Below are positions 1 through 9,317 of a stretch of DNA of 64,000 nt, in pieces (the stretch's first letter is position 1; the number at the start of each line of letters is the position of its first letter). Below the pieces are notes generated by a model, which saw only the letters and a list, made by a program, of their open reading frames with translations, made no database searches and was not told where the DNA came from. Source of the DNA: an uncultured Chlamydiae bacterium (GTDB lineage: Bacteria; Chlamydiota; Chlamydiia; Chlamydiales; JAJFMB01); the NCBI GenBank assembly GCA_963696295.1, contig CAVOJR010000001.1, positions 2,932,462-2,996,461 of the forward strand. Reading direction: 5' to 3'. A program made the position numbers and the translations under genes.

Positions 1-1508
1 ATTTGGGAGATGAAGTAGCGGTTGTGGCTGACGATGAGCAGGGTGCCCGGGTAGTTTTGCAGCGCTTCGATCAGGGCGTCGGTCCCTTCCATATCCAAGT
101 GGTTTGTGGGCTCATCGAAGAGGAGGACGTTGTGCTCGTGCAGCATCATTTTGGCTAAAATCAGGCGCGCGGTCTCTCCGCCGCTCAAAATGGCGGTCGA
201 TTTGTCGGCCTGGTCTCCGGAAAAAAGCACTTTGGCTAAAACCTCCCTGAGCTTTTGCTCCGGGATCGAAGGGCACTCTTTAGTCAGCCATTGCAGCAGC
301 GTTTGCTCCCCGTTCACTTCCTTTTTATGGTCCTGGGGAAAATAGGCCACTTTAACGGCGTGTCCCCACTCAAAAGTGCCTAAATCCTGGGCAATGCGCG
401 CAGTCAAGGTGTTTAGCAGGGTCGATTTGCCGATCCCGTTTGGGCCGACAAAGCAGACCCGGTCGCCCCTTTCCACGGCAAATGAGAGGGCGCTGATCAC
501 TTTTTTATCCCCGTACGCCTTGCAAAGATTTTGCACCTTCAAAGAGATGGCCCCGGAGGGGCGGTATTGCTGAAAGCTGATTTTAGGGTACATGCGGCAG
601 CTCGGGGGCAGATCGAGCTCCGACATCTCCTTTTCCAGCTTTTTGACGAGATGCATTTTGGATTGCGCCTGCCGCGCTTTGCTCGACTTGGCCCTAAAAC
701 GGTCGATAAAGGATTGAAGGTGCTCTTTTTTCTTTTCCTGGTTGGATAGCTCCGCTTCCCTTTGCTCCTGAATGGCGAGCTTGACAGCTGCAAAGGCGTC
801 GTAGTTGCCTTTATAAACGGTCAGCGTCTGGTGGTCGAGGTCGATAATATCGGTGCAGACGGCGTTGATGAAGATCCGGTCGTGCGAGCTGATCAGCACT
901 GTGCCCCCAAATTGGCAAAGGTAGCCCTCCAGCCATTTGATCGAGGGCATATCCAGGTGGTTGGTGGGCTCGTCGAGCAGGAGAATGTCGGGCTTGCTGA
1001 AGAGCAGCTGGGCGAGCAGGACGCGCAGTTTAAAACCGCCCGATAAAATGCTTAAGTTTTGCCTGTGGAGCTCCTCTTTGATCCCAAGCCCCTCTAAAAG
1101 TTTGGCCGCCTCGCTTTCCGCGCCATAGCCCCCCGATTCGGTAAACTGGGTCTCGATCTGGTCGAGCAGGTCGCAGGCTTTCTCATCAAAGGCGCGTCCA
1201 AGGAGTTCGGCCTTTTTTTGCATCGCCTCCCAGAGCCTGGGCCGCCCCTGCAGGACGATCGACAGGATAGGAGTGTCTTCGTAGGCGAAGTGGTCCTGCT
1301 TCAGCGAGCCGATCGACAATTGCGCCGGCCGGGAAATCTCCCCCCCTTCCGAGGTGAGCTCGCCCGTAATCAGGCGGATCAGGGTGGATTTGCCGCTGCC
1401 GTTAGCGCCTACTAAGCCATAGCGATGGCCGGGATCCAGCTGTAAATTAACGTCTTTAAAGAGGATTTTTCCTCCAAAGCGCATAGTAAGTTTAACACAA
1501 GATAACAT
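1..1508 (-). CDS. ABC-F family ATPase (two ABC cassettes, no membrane domain); C-terminus runs off the window
   Basis: Not in the ORF track because it has no stop in the window. My own minus-strand translation from the ATG at 1508 gives MLSCVKLTMRFGGKILFKDVNLQLDPGHRYGLVGANGSGKSTL (Walker A), LSGGFKLRVLLAQLLF (signature) and ILLLDEPTNHLD (Walker B). The second cassette reads VCFVGPNGIGKSTL, LSGGETARL, LLFDEPTNHLD and ends TLLIVSHNRYFISQ at the window edge. The plus-strand ORFs at 106-1415 are antisense shadows. Confidence 0.9.
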   Translation of the reverse strand, partial: MLSCVKLTMRFGGKILFKDVNLQLDPGHRYGLVGANGSGKSTLIRLITGELTSEGGEISRPAQLSIGSLKQDHFAYEDTPILSIVLQGRPRLWEAMQKKAELLGRAFDEKACDLLDQIETQFTESGGYGAESEAAKLLEGLGIKEELHRQNLSILSGGFKLRVLLAQLLFSKPDILLLDEPTNHLDMPSIKWLEGYLCQFGGTVLISSHDRIFINAVCTDIIDLDHQTLTVYKGNYDAFAAVKLAIQEQREAELSNQEKKKEHLQSFIDRFRAKSSKARQAQSKMHLVKKLEKEMSELDLPPSCRMYPKISFQQYRPSGAISLKVQNLCKAYGDKKVISALSFAVERGDRVCFVGPNGIGKSTLLNTLTARIAQDLGTFEWGHAVKVAYFPQDHKKEVNGEQTLLQWLTKECPSIPEQKLREVLAKVLFSGDQADKSTAILSGGETARLILAKMMLHEHNVLLFDEPTNHLDMEGTDALIEALQNYPGTLLIVSHNRYFISQ

Positions 1509-1527
1509 GCTACTATTATACAGGAAA

Positions 1528-3708
1528 CTATTTTAATTTTAAACTCGAATAATGGTTCTCATGGGAGCGGTAGAGAAAAATCGTTTTGGGGTTGGAAAAT
1601 ATATCTGCGCTGGCAGAAGGATAGATGCAGTGCTCGTTGGGGACCAACGTTTCTCCATTCATCTCTTTGCTGTAGACGGCGATGGGGCATTCCAGAATTT
1701 CGCTGAGGGCGAAAATCTCGACATGCCCTCCCCAGGTTTTATCTTTGCTCATTGAGGCGGCGTGCTCCTCAAGGGTCATGTCGTCCTCTACATGGGGGGC
1801 GAATTTGGCGGAATTTGCCAGCATATGCTTAACGACCTTCTCTCTTAACTCTTCATGGCTAAAGGAGGTATTCAGGCAGCAGGCGCGGAAAAGGCAGTTG
1901 CCGTCAGGCAGGATATTCTCAATGTGGAATTGGGTCTCCAGGCGGCGGCGGAACTTCGATTCTTTCAGGAGAGATTCCAATTTTTGGTCAAATTCCTCAT
2001 CGGGGCTGTCGGCTCTTGAAGTGTCGGGGGAATTCGGGGGTAATAGGTATTGCCCATTGAAAGGAGAGGCATCAAGAAAAAGCCTTCCCTCAGCAGTGAT
2101 GGCGTTGTGGTGCAAATTGACGCGAACCGGTTTGCCGTCTTTTTCCAGGAAAAAAATGTCTTTCACATCCAGGTCGGTCAAAATATTATCGGCTAAATTT
2201 AACTCAGTCAAACAGATGGACTGCAGGATCTCTTTGACGGCGCAGCAAAACTCCCGCTTGTTTTCCAAATCAGCATTGGAGCGGATAGTCAATTCCTGGA
2301 GGGATGAAAGTTCTGAAAGGGAAAAAATCATCCAGGGTTTTAATTGACAGCCAATCAGATGTAAAGAGAGTAATGATGACGAGGAGAGCAATTGCTCATG
2401 GAAAACTTCCCAGGTTTTTTTGGTAAATTGGAGTTCGAAGAGGGTCAGGCGGGTGAAATTTTGCTTCTTTAAGGCAGTAAAAAAAGCGCGAATGGAATCG
2501 GGGGAATCGACTAAGAGACGGCTTGCGTGGTTAGAGTTTAGGGTAAATTCGGGATCTTGGTCAAATATCTCCTCCCACACTGTCTCAAGTGTCTCCTTGT
2601 CAAACTGAGTGTTGCTGAACAGCATGGCATTTTCATCAGGCTCACTCATGGTCTGGTCCAGAATGGCTTTTGGGGGCTTTTCCCTGATCCAGTGATTTTC
2701 GATGTACAGCTTAGTGGAGTCTGGCAAAAGGGGGATAAAACCTAAATGGCCATCGCTTAGGTACCAGTTACTAAGCGTTAGGCTTTTTAAGTTTTTGAAT
2801 TTGGGCAAATGAGCGGTTAAAAGGACATTCAAGCGCTCTTTGTCCTCTTCTGTCGTCACCAGATTGGTATCTCGTGACAGGTCTAATTTGTGCAGGCTTT
2901 CAGGTTGCGTCAATCGAGTGAGCAGGGTTTCGATTTGACCTAAGGTTGCCAGGTCTAAGCTGAGGGCTTCGGCCGGGTATTTGTTCAGGCCATCCACCAA
3001 AGCCAGCCAGGTCCGGTCTGAGAGCAGGGTATTTCTCAAATCGACCTCTGCAAAAGGGAGATCTAACCTACTCATGATTGTCATAGGGTTGTCTATGTAA
3101 GTATAACGGCCGGAGGCCCCGAAAAGGATGGATAATCCCTTTGTCATCAAAGGCACGGGTGTGATGAACTCAAAAAAACTTTCCAGCTGTATACCTCTGG
3201 TTTCATAAATGTCTAATTCCCTTGATTCCGTTGAAGAAAGGGCCCAGCGCTCGAGGCTGATAGCCAGCCTCTCTGAGGTTTGGCTATAAAGGCCGTGAAT
3301 AAATTGGGTGAGGAGCTCTGTATCTTCGGCCCGGCAATTTAAAGGGGGATGGAGGGTTAAAGAGAGTATATTGTTTAACTTATTCGGGGTGATTTCAAAG
3401 AGCTGTTCGATAGGGACCCAGGGAAGCTCCATATGGCAATTGAGCTTGGGGCAGCCTAATAAGAAGGTAAACGCTTCGTACGAAAAGGTGCAGCGGCTAA
3501 AATTGAGGTTTGGGAGGGTAAAATCGAGAGTGTCAAAGAAGGAGCGGATCGCCTCAATGTTGGAAATGTGGCCCTCAAAGGTGAAATGGGGTTTTTTGAG
3601 GGCATTTGCCCAATAGGCTTTAGCTTCTGCGTAGCTGGCGGTTCCGCTGAAAATCCCTTGTGTCTGGTACAAGGCGGGAGTTGAGGTAGAGGCGAGAGTG
3701 GGTATCAT
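1528..3708 (-). CDS. Leucine-rich-repeat protein with C-terminal OTU-family cysteine protease (deubiquitinase-like) domain
   Basis: 726-aa ORF. The C-terminal region carries the OTU Cys box ILPDGNCLFRACC and a His box near the end (YRSHENHYSSLKL). The upstream part has RNI-like LRRs (LTELNLADNILTDLDV, LQELTIRSNADL, LLSLHLIGCQL, LKSLTLSNWYLSDGHL). Confidence 0.8.
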   Translation of the reverse strand: MIPTLASTSTPALYQTQGIFSGTASYAEAKAYWANALKKPHFTFEGHISNIEAIRSFFDTLDFTLPNLNFSRCTFSYEAFTFLLGCPKLNCHMELPWVPIEQLFEITPNKLNNILSLTLHPPLNCRAEDTELLTQFIHGLYSQTSERLAISLERWALSSTESRELDIYETRGIQLESFFEFITPVPLMTKGLSILFGASGRYTYIDNPMTIMSRLDLPFAEVDLRNTLLSDRTWLALVDGLNKYPAEALSLDLATLGQIETLLTRLTQPESLHKLDLSRDTNLVTTEEDKERLNVLLTAHLPKFKNLKSLTLSNWYLSDGHLGFIPLLPDSTKLYIENHWIREKPPKAILDQTMSEPDENAMLFSNTQFDKETLETVWEEIFDQDPEFTLNSNHASRLLVDSPDSIRAFFTALKKQNFTRLTLFELQFTKKTWEVFHEQLLSSSSLLSLHLIGCQLKPWMIFSLSELSSLQELTIRSNADLENKREFCCAVKEILQSICLTELNLADNILTDLDVKDIFFLEKDGKPVRVNLHHNAITAEGRLFLDASPFNGQYLLPPNSPDTSRADSPDEEFDQKLESLLKESKFRRRLETQFHIENILPDGNCLFRACCLNTSFSHEELREKVVKHMLANSAKFAPHVEDDMTLEEHAASMSKDKTWGGHVEIFALSEILECPIAVYSKEMNGETLVPNEHCIYPSASADIFSNPKTIFLYRSHENHYSSLKLK

Positions 3709-3858
3709 TTTAAATCCTGTATTTGGACAGACATTTTATTGGAAACCGGAATAAAATAGCCAGGTTAACTTTTAACCGCCAAATATGTAAATTTGTTTTT
3801 TTGTTTTACTTATATGTAAAAAACCTTTATTTTATTACCTCATTATAAGGGAATAAGC

Positions 3859-6800
3859 ATGTCAATTCAATCAATCCAGAATCTTCCACGGGAAATATCA
3901 AGAGCCGCGCGCCAGATTGAGGATGCGGCTCAACTGGAGAGGCGTATCAGTGAAGTGTGGCTGCAGCTGCAAACAGATAGAAACAGTTTGAGCCAGTCGA
4001 GGTTTGCTAAACTTTTTTTAGTAACAACGCCGGAAAATGATTTAGTTAATATTTTAGCGCAGTTGCAGCCGGAATTTTCAGGTAATATCTACGACCCGAA
4101 GATTTTGGAAGTGCGCCAAGAACTGAAAAAATACCCCAATCTGGAAAAAACGGAGCTTACCCTGATTGTGCTTGAGTCGCTGCTCCACGGCAATGGCACA
4201 GAGCGGGCCAGGATGCATAAGGTATGGGCGGAATTATTTTCAAAAGTGAATTCCCAGTGGCAATTTGAGGTGGGGCGCACGGCCGAGAAAGCCTTCCTTC
4301 ATCTCTTCAGGGTTGAATGCGCAAACCAGCGCGGTTTTAGCGGTTCGCTTGATTTTTTAGAGGTAGTCGGGAAATCCCTTGGCGCCGATTATCGCCAAAA
4401 ATGGATTTCCCATTGCGCTGAAGAATTGACAAAGGAAAATTACGCGGAGTTTTACGCGGCTCTGCCCCCCCATTCCGAGGGGGGCGAAACGGCGGCAGAG
4501 CTTAGGCGGGAATTGTCTTTCCGCAAGTTCTTAAAACAAGAGGAGATAGAGGGTTATCAAGACTTGAAGGCCATTTTGGAGAGGTCTGATGAAGTGGAGC
4601 CCCTCATGTGGGAAAGGCTGCTTGAATTGATAGCCGATAGCAAGTTCGCCGACCTGAAGCGGGAGGCCTGGGGGGTTTGGTTAAAACAATCCAAAAACCT
4701 GGAAAAGGAGAAGCCATTTGGAAAAGTGTGGGTGATGGCGGTCCGTCTTTTGAAGGAAGCCGATGACGCGGCGGCATTTTACAAAAGCGACATTTTCAAA
4801 AGATTGACAACCCCTCCTGAGGGGCTTTCCATTTATGATCAGGTCTACACTTGCGCGTGCAAATCGGCTGAAGATCTCTCCGCTATCCATCAAGACTATA
4901 TGCGGACATATGCCACGGTCCGGGAGCAGCGGGCACGCGCCTCCCTTGCCAAATTGAACGAAAGGACGCTCAACCCTTTTTACCTCAATGGGATTCTGGA
5001 CGACTTGGAGAAGGGAATCATCGACGGCGGGGAAGTTTGGTGCAAGGTTTTGGACAAAGCGGTTACATGCAATTCCACCGAAATCAAGAAAAGGACATGG
5101 GCGTTTTGGTGCCTGCAACACGCTGCCCTGGCGGGGGAGAAGTCGTACAGGAAAATTTGGCTGGAAGCCATTAAATTATTGACTCCTGCCGATGGGTTAG
5201 AGTTCTTTTGCGGGAATTTTGCCGCCGTCTTGCAATTCTTAATCGAAAAGAGGGTCGATGGGCTCTCCTCAATTTATCAAACCGCGGCAAACTCAGCCAA
5301 GAGATCTGTCGCTGATATCCCTCGAATCGTCGAGGCTCATCAAAAGTATGTCGATGCGAACCCCCTCCTGAAGAATTCCATCTTCTTCGAGATCTCCATC
5401 CGTCTCGTCGAAGAGAAGTTGAACCAGCCGATGGCTTATCGACTGATTCAATACCATGTGCAGGATAATCAAGCAGACACCCTAGGAAAAGCCTGTCAAT
5501 GGTTTCAGGAGCGGCTGAAGCGGGATCTGAGTAAGGCTGTCATACCTGCTGCCCTCGAGCTTGCGGGGGTTTTACTGGAGCTGTCGGATAAATATCCAGT
5601 CGCGATCCCTTGTTACGCGATGGCTGAAAAGCTTAATAAAGCCTCCGGCTTTCAGGATCTAGCTTTGAGATTTGCCTTTAAGGCCCTTCACGCGGCTAAC
5701 AAGGAGGACCTTGGCAAGAAGGCGAATCAGAGGCCGTTAGAAGCCTGTATTGATTTAATGACGGCAATCTTACCCCATGCATCGGATAGTGGATTTTTAA
5801 ATTTATTGCAGAGGGAGAAAATCCAAGATTTCCAGAATTGCCATAGTCAAAAGAAGCGGTTTATTTTCTGGAAGGAGATGTTGTCGAGGAGCTTGAGTAT
5901 GCCCCCGGAATTTGGGGTGGGCTCCGCCTGTGATTTCTGGAAGTTTCTTAAGGATTCAGAAGAGGCTGAGGATATATCTGGAAAAATGGTGGAAGCTGCT
6001 CTTGCGATTCTGCCGGTGGACAGTAATGCGGGCATTGAAAATTATGAGGAGGTGTACAAGAACGCATGTGTCAAGCTTTTCAACACTTTCCAAGAGAAAA
6101 TCACGTATAAAATTGATGATGACGGGCACCGTGTTCCTGTGATCCGCACCGTTGATCTGTTTATCGCGCACTTATACGCTAAAGCCGGGCATATGGAGCG
6201 TCATAGCTTTTTGCTGCTCTCCGTCGCCTGCAATTTGATGAATGATTCCAGCCTTAAAGATTTTGTGGAAAATAAACTCGCGTTAGTGGGGGCCAAACAT
6301 TGTTTGGAACAGGTCGATCGGATAAAGGGATCCGCTAGTTTAGACACACCCGGCGTCCAATCCTTTTTGCATGCCGCTCGTGAACTTCTCCATGCCAAGG
6401 AGATACAAGATTACGTAGAGACTCTAAAGGATGAAAATTTAAACAACCTGATAGCCATCGAAGCCCCCGCCCTTTTTAAGGTATGGTTAGAAATTGAGAA
6501 AGATGGGGCTCCCTTATCAGACGATATCTCAGATAAATTCAATGAACCTGCGCGTTCTGTCTTTAGAGCGAATGGATCAAATTTGAGGGTTCAGAAGCTG
6601 GTTTGGAAATTTGCCATCGAATTTGCCGTCAAACATATCGAACAAATACCAGAACCAACTTGGGGGGTAAACCTGAAGGAATGGATGGGATTGATCGATG
6701 AGATGTTGGCGGCAGGATTTAAGGGTAATAGAGTCTCTTTGCGACATCTCGACGATGTGATTGAGATATGCGATTTTGCCGCCCCTCTGCTTTCTGAAAT

Positions 6801-7632
6801 AGCGTCGAAATATGAGGAATCGGCGGCGGATCAGATATTATCGGCCCTGATGAAAATGGCGGATCTGCAAATCAATTACAGTAGCCGCGAACCTGTAAAA
6901 AAGAAGGAAGCGCTTTCCCGTCTTGTGGATTTCGCAATAGAGGGCGTCACAGATATTCATCTGGATCGGATCATACAATTAGCCATGGATGCGGAAAGGA
7001 GAGGCCCTCTCAGAGAAATGGCGATAAATTCTGACGGGGTCAAGATCGATGGCAGTTTTTCAGCGACTGATGACGAACCTGCTTTAAAGCGAAAGGGGGT
7101 CACCGCTCTGTTTTCTTATCTTCTTCAGAAGTCGTCAAACGATGATTTATTTTTCTCTTTGGAGCTGGCAAGCCAACTGCTAAAAAGGGGGCCCTTTGAA
7201 GACTTTCAAAACGAGGATCACTGCATTAAAATGATGCAAATTTTTTCCGACGTGATCACGGCGTTGGATGAATATGAGCAATGCGAGATCTTTGATTACG
7301 ATATTTTTATAAACGTCTTTCACGCCCTCACACATAAGCCCGCAAGGGAGAGTGAGGAGCTGGGCAGCCTTGAGGAGCTCATCGGCACCAACAACTTGCA
7401 ACACAAGAAAAAGGCCCAAGAGAAATTGAATGAAATTATCGGCTGTTTCTTTACAATGTGCGGCGAAAATGGAAAATTTTTGTCCAAAGTCACTACCGAA
7501 AGGCGACTTCTCGCTATAAGCAGCATTGATAAATTTCTGGGAGATTGCCGAAGGAAGCAATTTTTGGAATCTGAGGATCTTGAAAAATGGGAAGCTAAAC
7601 TGGCTTTATTGCGGAAGCAAATCTCCCATTGA
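3859..7632 (+). CDS. Large (1257 aa) predicted all-helical hypothetical protein with no recognised domain; possible secreted effector
   Basis: Long uninterrupted ORF, divergent from the OTU gene across an AT-rich 150-bp intergenic region, with AAGGGAAT upstream of the ATG. I recognised no catalytic motifs. Confidence 0.6.
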   Translation: MSIQSIQNLPREISRAARQIEDAAQLERRISEVWLQLQTDRNSLSQSRFAKLFLVTTPENDLVNILAQLQPEFSGNIYDPKILEVRQELKKYPNLEKTELTLIVLESLLHGNGTERARMHKVWAELFSKVNSQWQFEVGRTAEKAFLHLFRVECANQRGFSGSLDFLEVVGKSLGADYRQKWISHCAEELTKENYAEFYAALPPHSEGGETAAELRRELSFRKFLKQEEIEGYQDLKAILERSDEVEPLMWERLLELIADSKFADLKREAWGVWLKQSKNLEKEKPFGKVWVMAVRLLKEADDAAAFYKSDIFKRLTTPPEGLSIYDQVYTCACKSAEDLSAIHQDYMRTYATVREQRARASLAKLNERTLNPFYLNGILDDLEKGIIDGGEVWCKVLDKAVTCNSTEIKKRTWAFWCLQHAALAGEKSYRKIWLEAIKLLTPADGLEFFCGNFAAVLQFLIEKRVDGLSSIYQTAANSAKRSVADIPRIVEAHQKYVDANPLLKNSIFFEISIRLVEEKLNQPMAYRLIQYHVQDNQADTLGKACQWFQERLKRDLSKAVIPAALELAGVLLELSDKYPVAIPCYAMAEKLNKASGFQDLALRFAFKALHAANKEDLGKKANQRPLEACIDLMTAILPHASDSGFLNLLQREKIQDFQNCHSQKKRFIFWKEMLSRSLSMPPEFGVGSACDFWKFLKDSEEAEDISGKMVEAALAILPVDSNAGIENYEEVYKNACVKLFNTFQEKITYKIDDDGHRVPVIRTVDLFIAHLYAKAGHMERHSFLLLSVACNLMNDSSLKDFVENKLALVGAKHCLEQVDRIKGSASLDTPGVQSFLHAARELLHAKEIQDYVETLKDENLNNLIAIEAPALFKVWLEIEKDGAPLSDDISDKFNEPARSVFRANGSNLRVQKLVWKFAIEFAVKHIEQIPEPTWGVNLKEWMGLIDEMLAAGFKGNRVSLRHLDDVIEICDFAAPLLSEIASKYEESAADQILSALMKMADLQINYSSREPVKKKEALSRLVDFAIEGVTDIHLDRIIQLAMDAERRGPLREMAINSDGVKIDGSFSATDDEPALKRKGVTALFSYLLQKSSNDDLFFSLELASQLLKRGPFEDFQNEDHCIKMMQIFSDVITALDEYEQCEIFDYDIFINVFHALTHKPARESEELGSLEELIGTNNLQHKKKAQEKLNEIIGCFFTMCGENGKFLSKVTTERRLLAISSIDKFLGDCRRKQFLESEDLEKWEAKLALLRKQISH

Positions 7633-7635
7633 TAG

Positions 7636-8700
7636 CTAAAGCATTGAATCAATAGCTTTTAAAATGTTTGCTTCCGTGATCGAGTCGGAGCCTGAAAGCT
7701 TCTTCTTGATATTCTTGTTCAAATGCATCACTAAAACAGTTGGCGTGCCCTGAATATTATACTCTTGCACCAGGCGGCGGAAATAGCGGATGCCGAGGAC
7801 GATGTCAGAATAGCTAAGTTGTTGATACTTAATGCCTATTTTGGATGAGGCGTGGACGACCTGCTCGTCGGTCGGACTGTCCGTCTGGCTCGAGATATTG
7901 GTCAAAATGTGGCGCAGTTGAATATATTGCGGCTTATTTCTTAGGATGAAGGAGAGGTTGTAAGGGATAAAATTGAGCGATTCTGGGTGGATGGCGAGGT
8001 CGACAAAGACCACTTGAGCTTTTTCTGTCAGCGAGGAAAACATTTTTTCGATGGCAGGTTCAGCCTGGCGGCAGGCCGGGCATTGCCAGTCTGTAAAGAT
8101 GTAGACGACCACAGGGCTTTTTGGGTTGCCGAATGCGAGGTTTTCTTCAAGCGCTGTTTGGGCGGCTTGCAGCTTATCCTCTTTGCCGATGCCAAAGAAA
8201 GTTAAGATAAAGCCAATGGCAAAAATCGAGATTGATGAGATGCCTTTCCAAACTTTTTGCATGATTTTATTTCCCATATTGTTTCTGATCACTGTGTCTA
8301 ACTCCAATAAATACATCCCTATAAAGCAAAAAGCCGCTATCGAAATCATTGCGGCAATGCTCAAACAGACCGGGCACCATTTTCCTATAACAAACTTTTG
8401 AACAACAATCAACATAATTTCAGCGCCAAGGCCGCCCGCCACCATAAATCCAGTGGCTAAGTAGAGAATTTGAAACTTTATCGACAAGAAATGAAGGATG
8501 ATGAGCGTGCCGAAATAGGCGATGCCGATCATTCCGAAAGAGAGCCCAAAGAACTGATAGTGATGGGCATCGGAACACTCTTGCGTGCATACTTCAAGCC
8601 AGGAGAGCAGCGACAGCACAAGGCCTGCGAGAAACGCTAAGGCGATCGCAATGAACAGTCCGGTATTTAACCGCTTGATTACTTGAAGACTACGGCTCAT
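7636..8700 (-). CDS. VKOR-like integral membrane domain fused to a DsbA/thioredoxin-like periplasmic domain (disulfide bond formation)
   Basis: The N-terminal half has about five hydrophobic helices, a loop Cys pair (EVCTQEC) and an intramembrane CxxC (GKWCPVCLSIAA). The C-terminal half has a thioredoxin-fold CxxC (FTDWQCPACRQAEP). This architecture matches known bacterial VKOR-Trx fusions. Confidence 0.65.
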   Translation of the reverse strand: MSRSLQVIKRLNTGLFIAIALAFLAGLVLSLLSWLEVCTQECSDAHHYQFFGLSFGMIGIAYFGTLIILHFLSIKFQILYLATGFMVAGGLGAEIMLIVVQKFVIGKWCPVCLSIAAMISIAAFCFIGMYLLELDTVIRNNMGNKIMQKVWKGISSISIFAIGFILTFFGIGKEDKLQAAQTALEENLAFGNPKSPVVVYIFTDWQCPACRQAEPAIEKMFSSLTEKAQVVFVDLAIHPESLNFIPYNLSFILRNKPQYIQLRHILTNISSQTDSPTDEQVVHASSKIGIKYQQLSYSDIVLGIRYFRRLVQEYNIQGTPTVLVMHLNKNIKKKLSGSDSITEANILKAIDSML

Positions 8701-8774
8701 TTAGGGCATCTTTGGCAATGAACTTATAACTCCGGATTCTCAAGAATCCAGCCCAAGATGTCAATATAAAAATT

Positions 8775-9317
8775 GCGGTTATAGGTGGTGCAGCAGCCCT
8801 TCATGGAGCTGATAACGGGTGTAGCAGAGGCAATGAATGCGGTGCATGATAACCGAGGGCTTTTGATCATGAGTCACAACAACTAATGGTTGCGGTTATA
8901 GGTGGTGCAGCAGCCCTTCATGGAGCTGATAACGGGTGAAGCAGAGGCAATGAATGCGGTGCATGATAACCGGGGGCTTTTGATCATGAGTCACAACAAC
9001 TAATGGTTGTGGTTATAGGTGGTGCAGCAGCCCTTCATGGAGCTGATAACGGGTGTCGCAGAGGCAATGAATGCGGTGCATGATAACCGGGGGCTTTTGA
9101 TCGTGAGTCACAACAACTAATGGTTGCGGTTATAGAGGGTGCAGCAGTCCTTCATGGAGCTGATAACGGGTGTCGCAGAGGCCGGCTAGCTTTTGATCGT
9201 GAGTCACAACAACTAATGGTTGCGGTTATAGAGGGTGCAGCAGTCCTTCATGGAGCTGATAACGGGTGTCGCAGAGGCCGGCTAGCTTTTGATCATGAGT
9301 CACAACAACTAATGATT
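8775..9317. repeat. Tandem repeat array with 3 units of 117 bp followed by 2 units of 96 bp; the last unit is the genuine 3' end of lolD
   Basis: The motif GCGGTTATAG(G/A)GGTGCAGCAG recurs at 8775, 8892, 9009, 9126 and 9222. The units differ by a 21-bp indel plus a few substitutions. Every period is a multiple of 3. Confidence 0.95.

Noticed and set aside
106-1415. Several plus-strand ORFs (106-345, 376-573, 531-749, 762-1046, 937-1128, 1218-1415).
   Set aside because: They lie antisense to a continuous minus-strand reading frame with textbook ABC-F motifs. Their products are low-complexity Arg/Ser/Pro-rich shadows.
8775-9317. Possible CRISPR array, or a DGR template/variable repeat pair.
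   Set aside because: The units are contiguous, with no unique spacers between them. I saw no cas genes and no reverse transcriptase in the window. The differences between units are an indel plus a few substitutions that are not adenine-specific.
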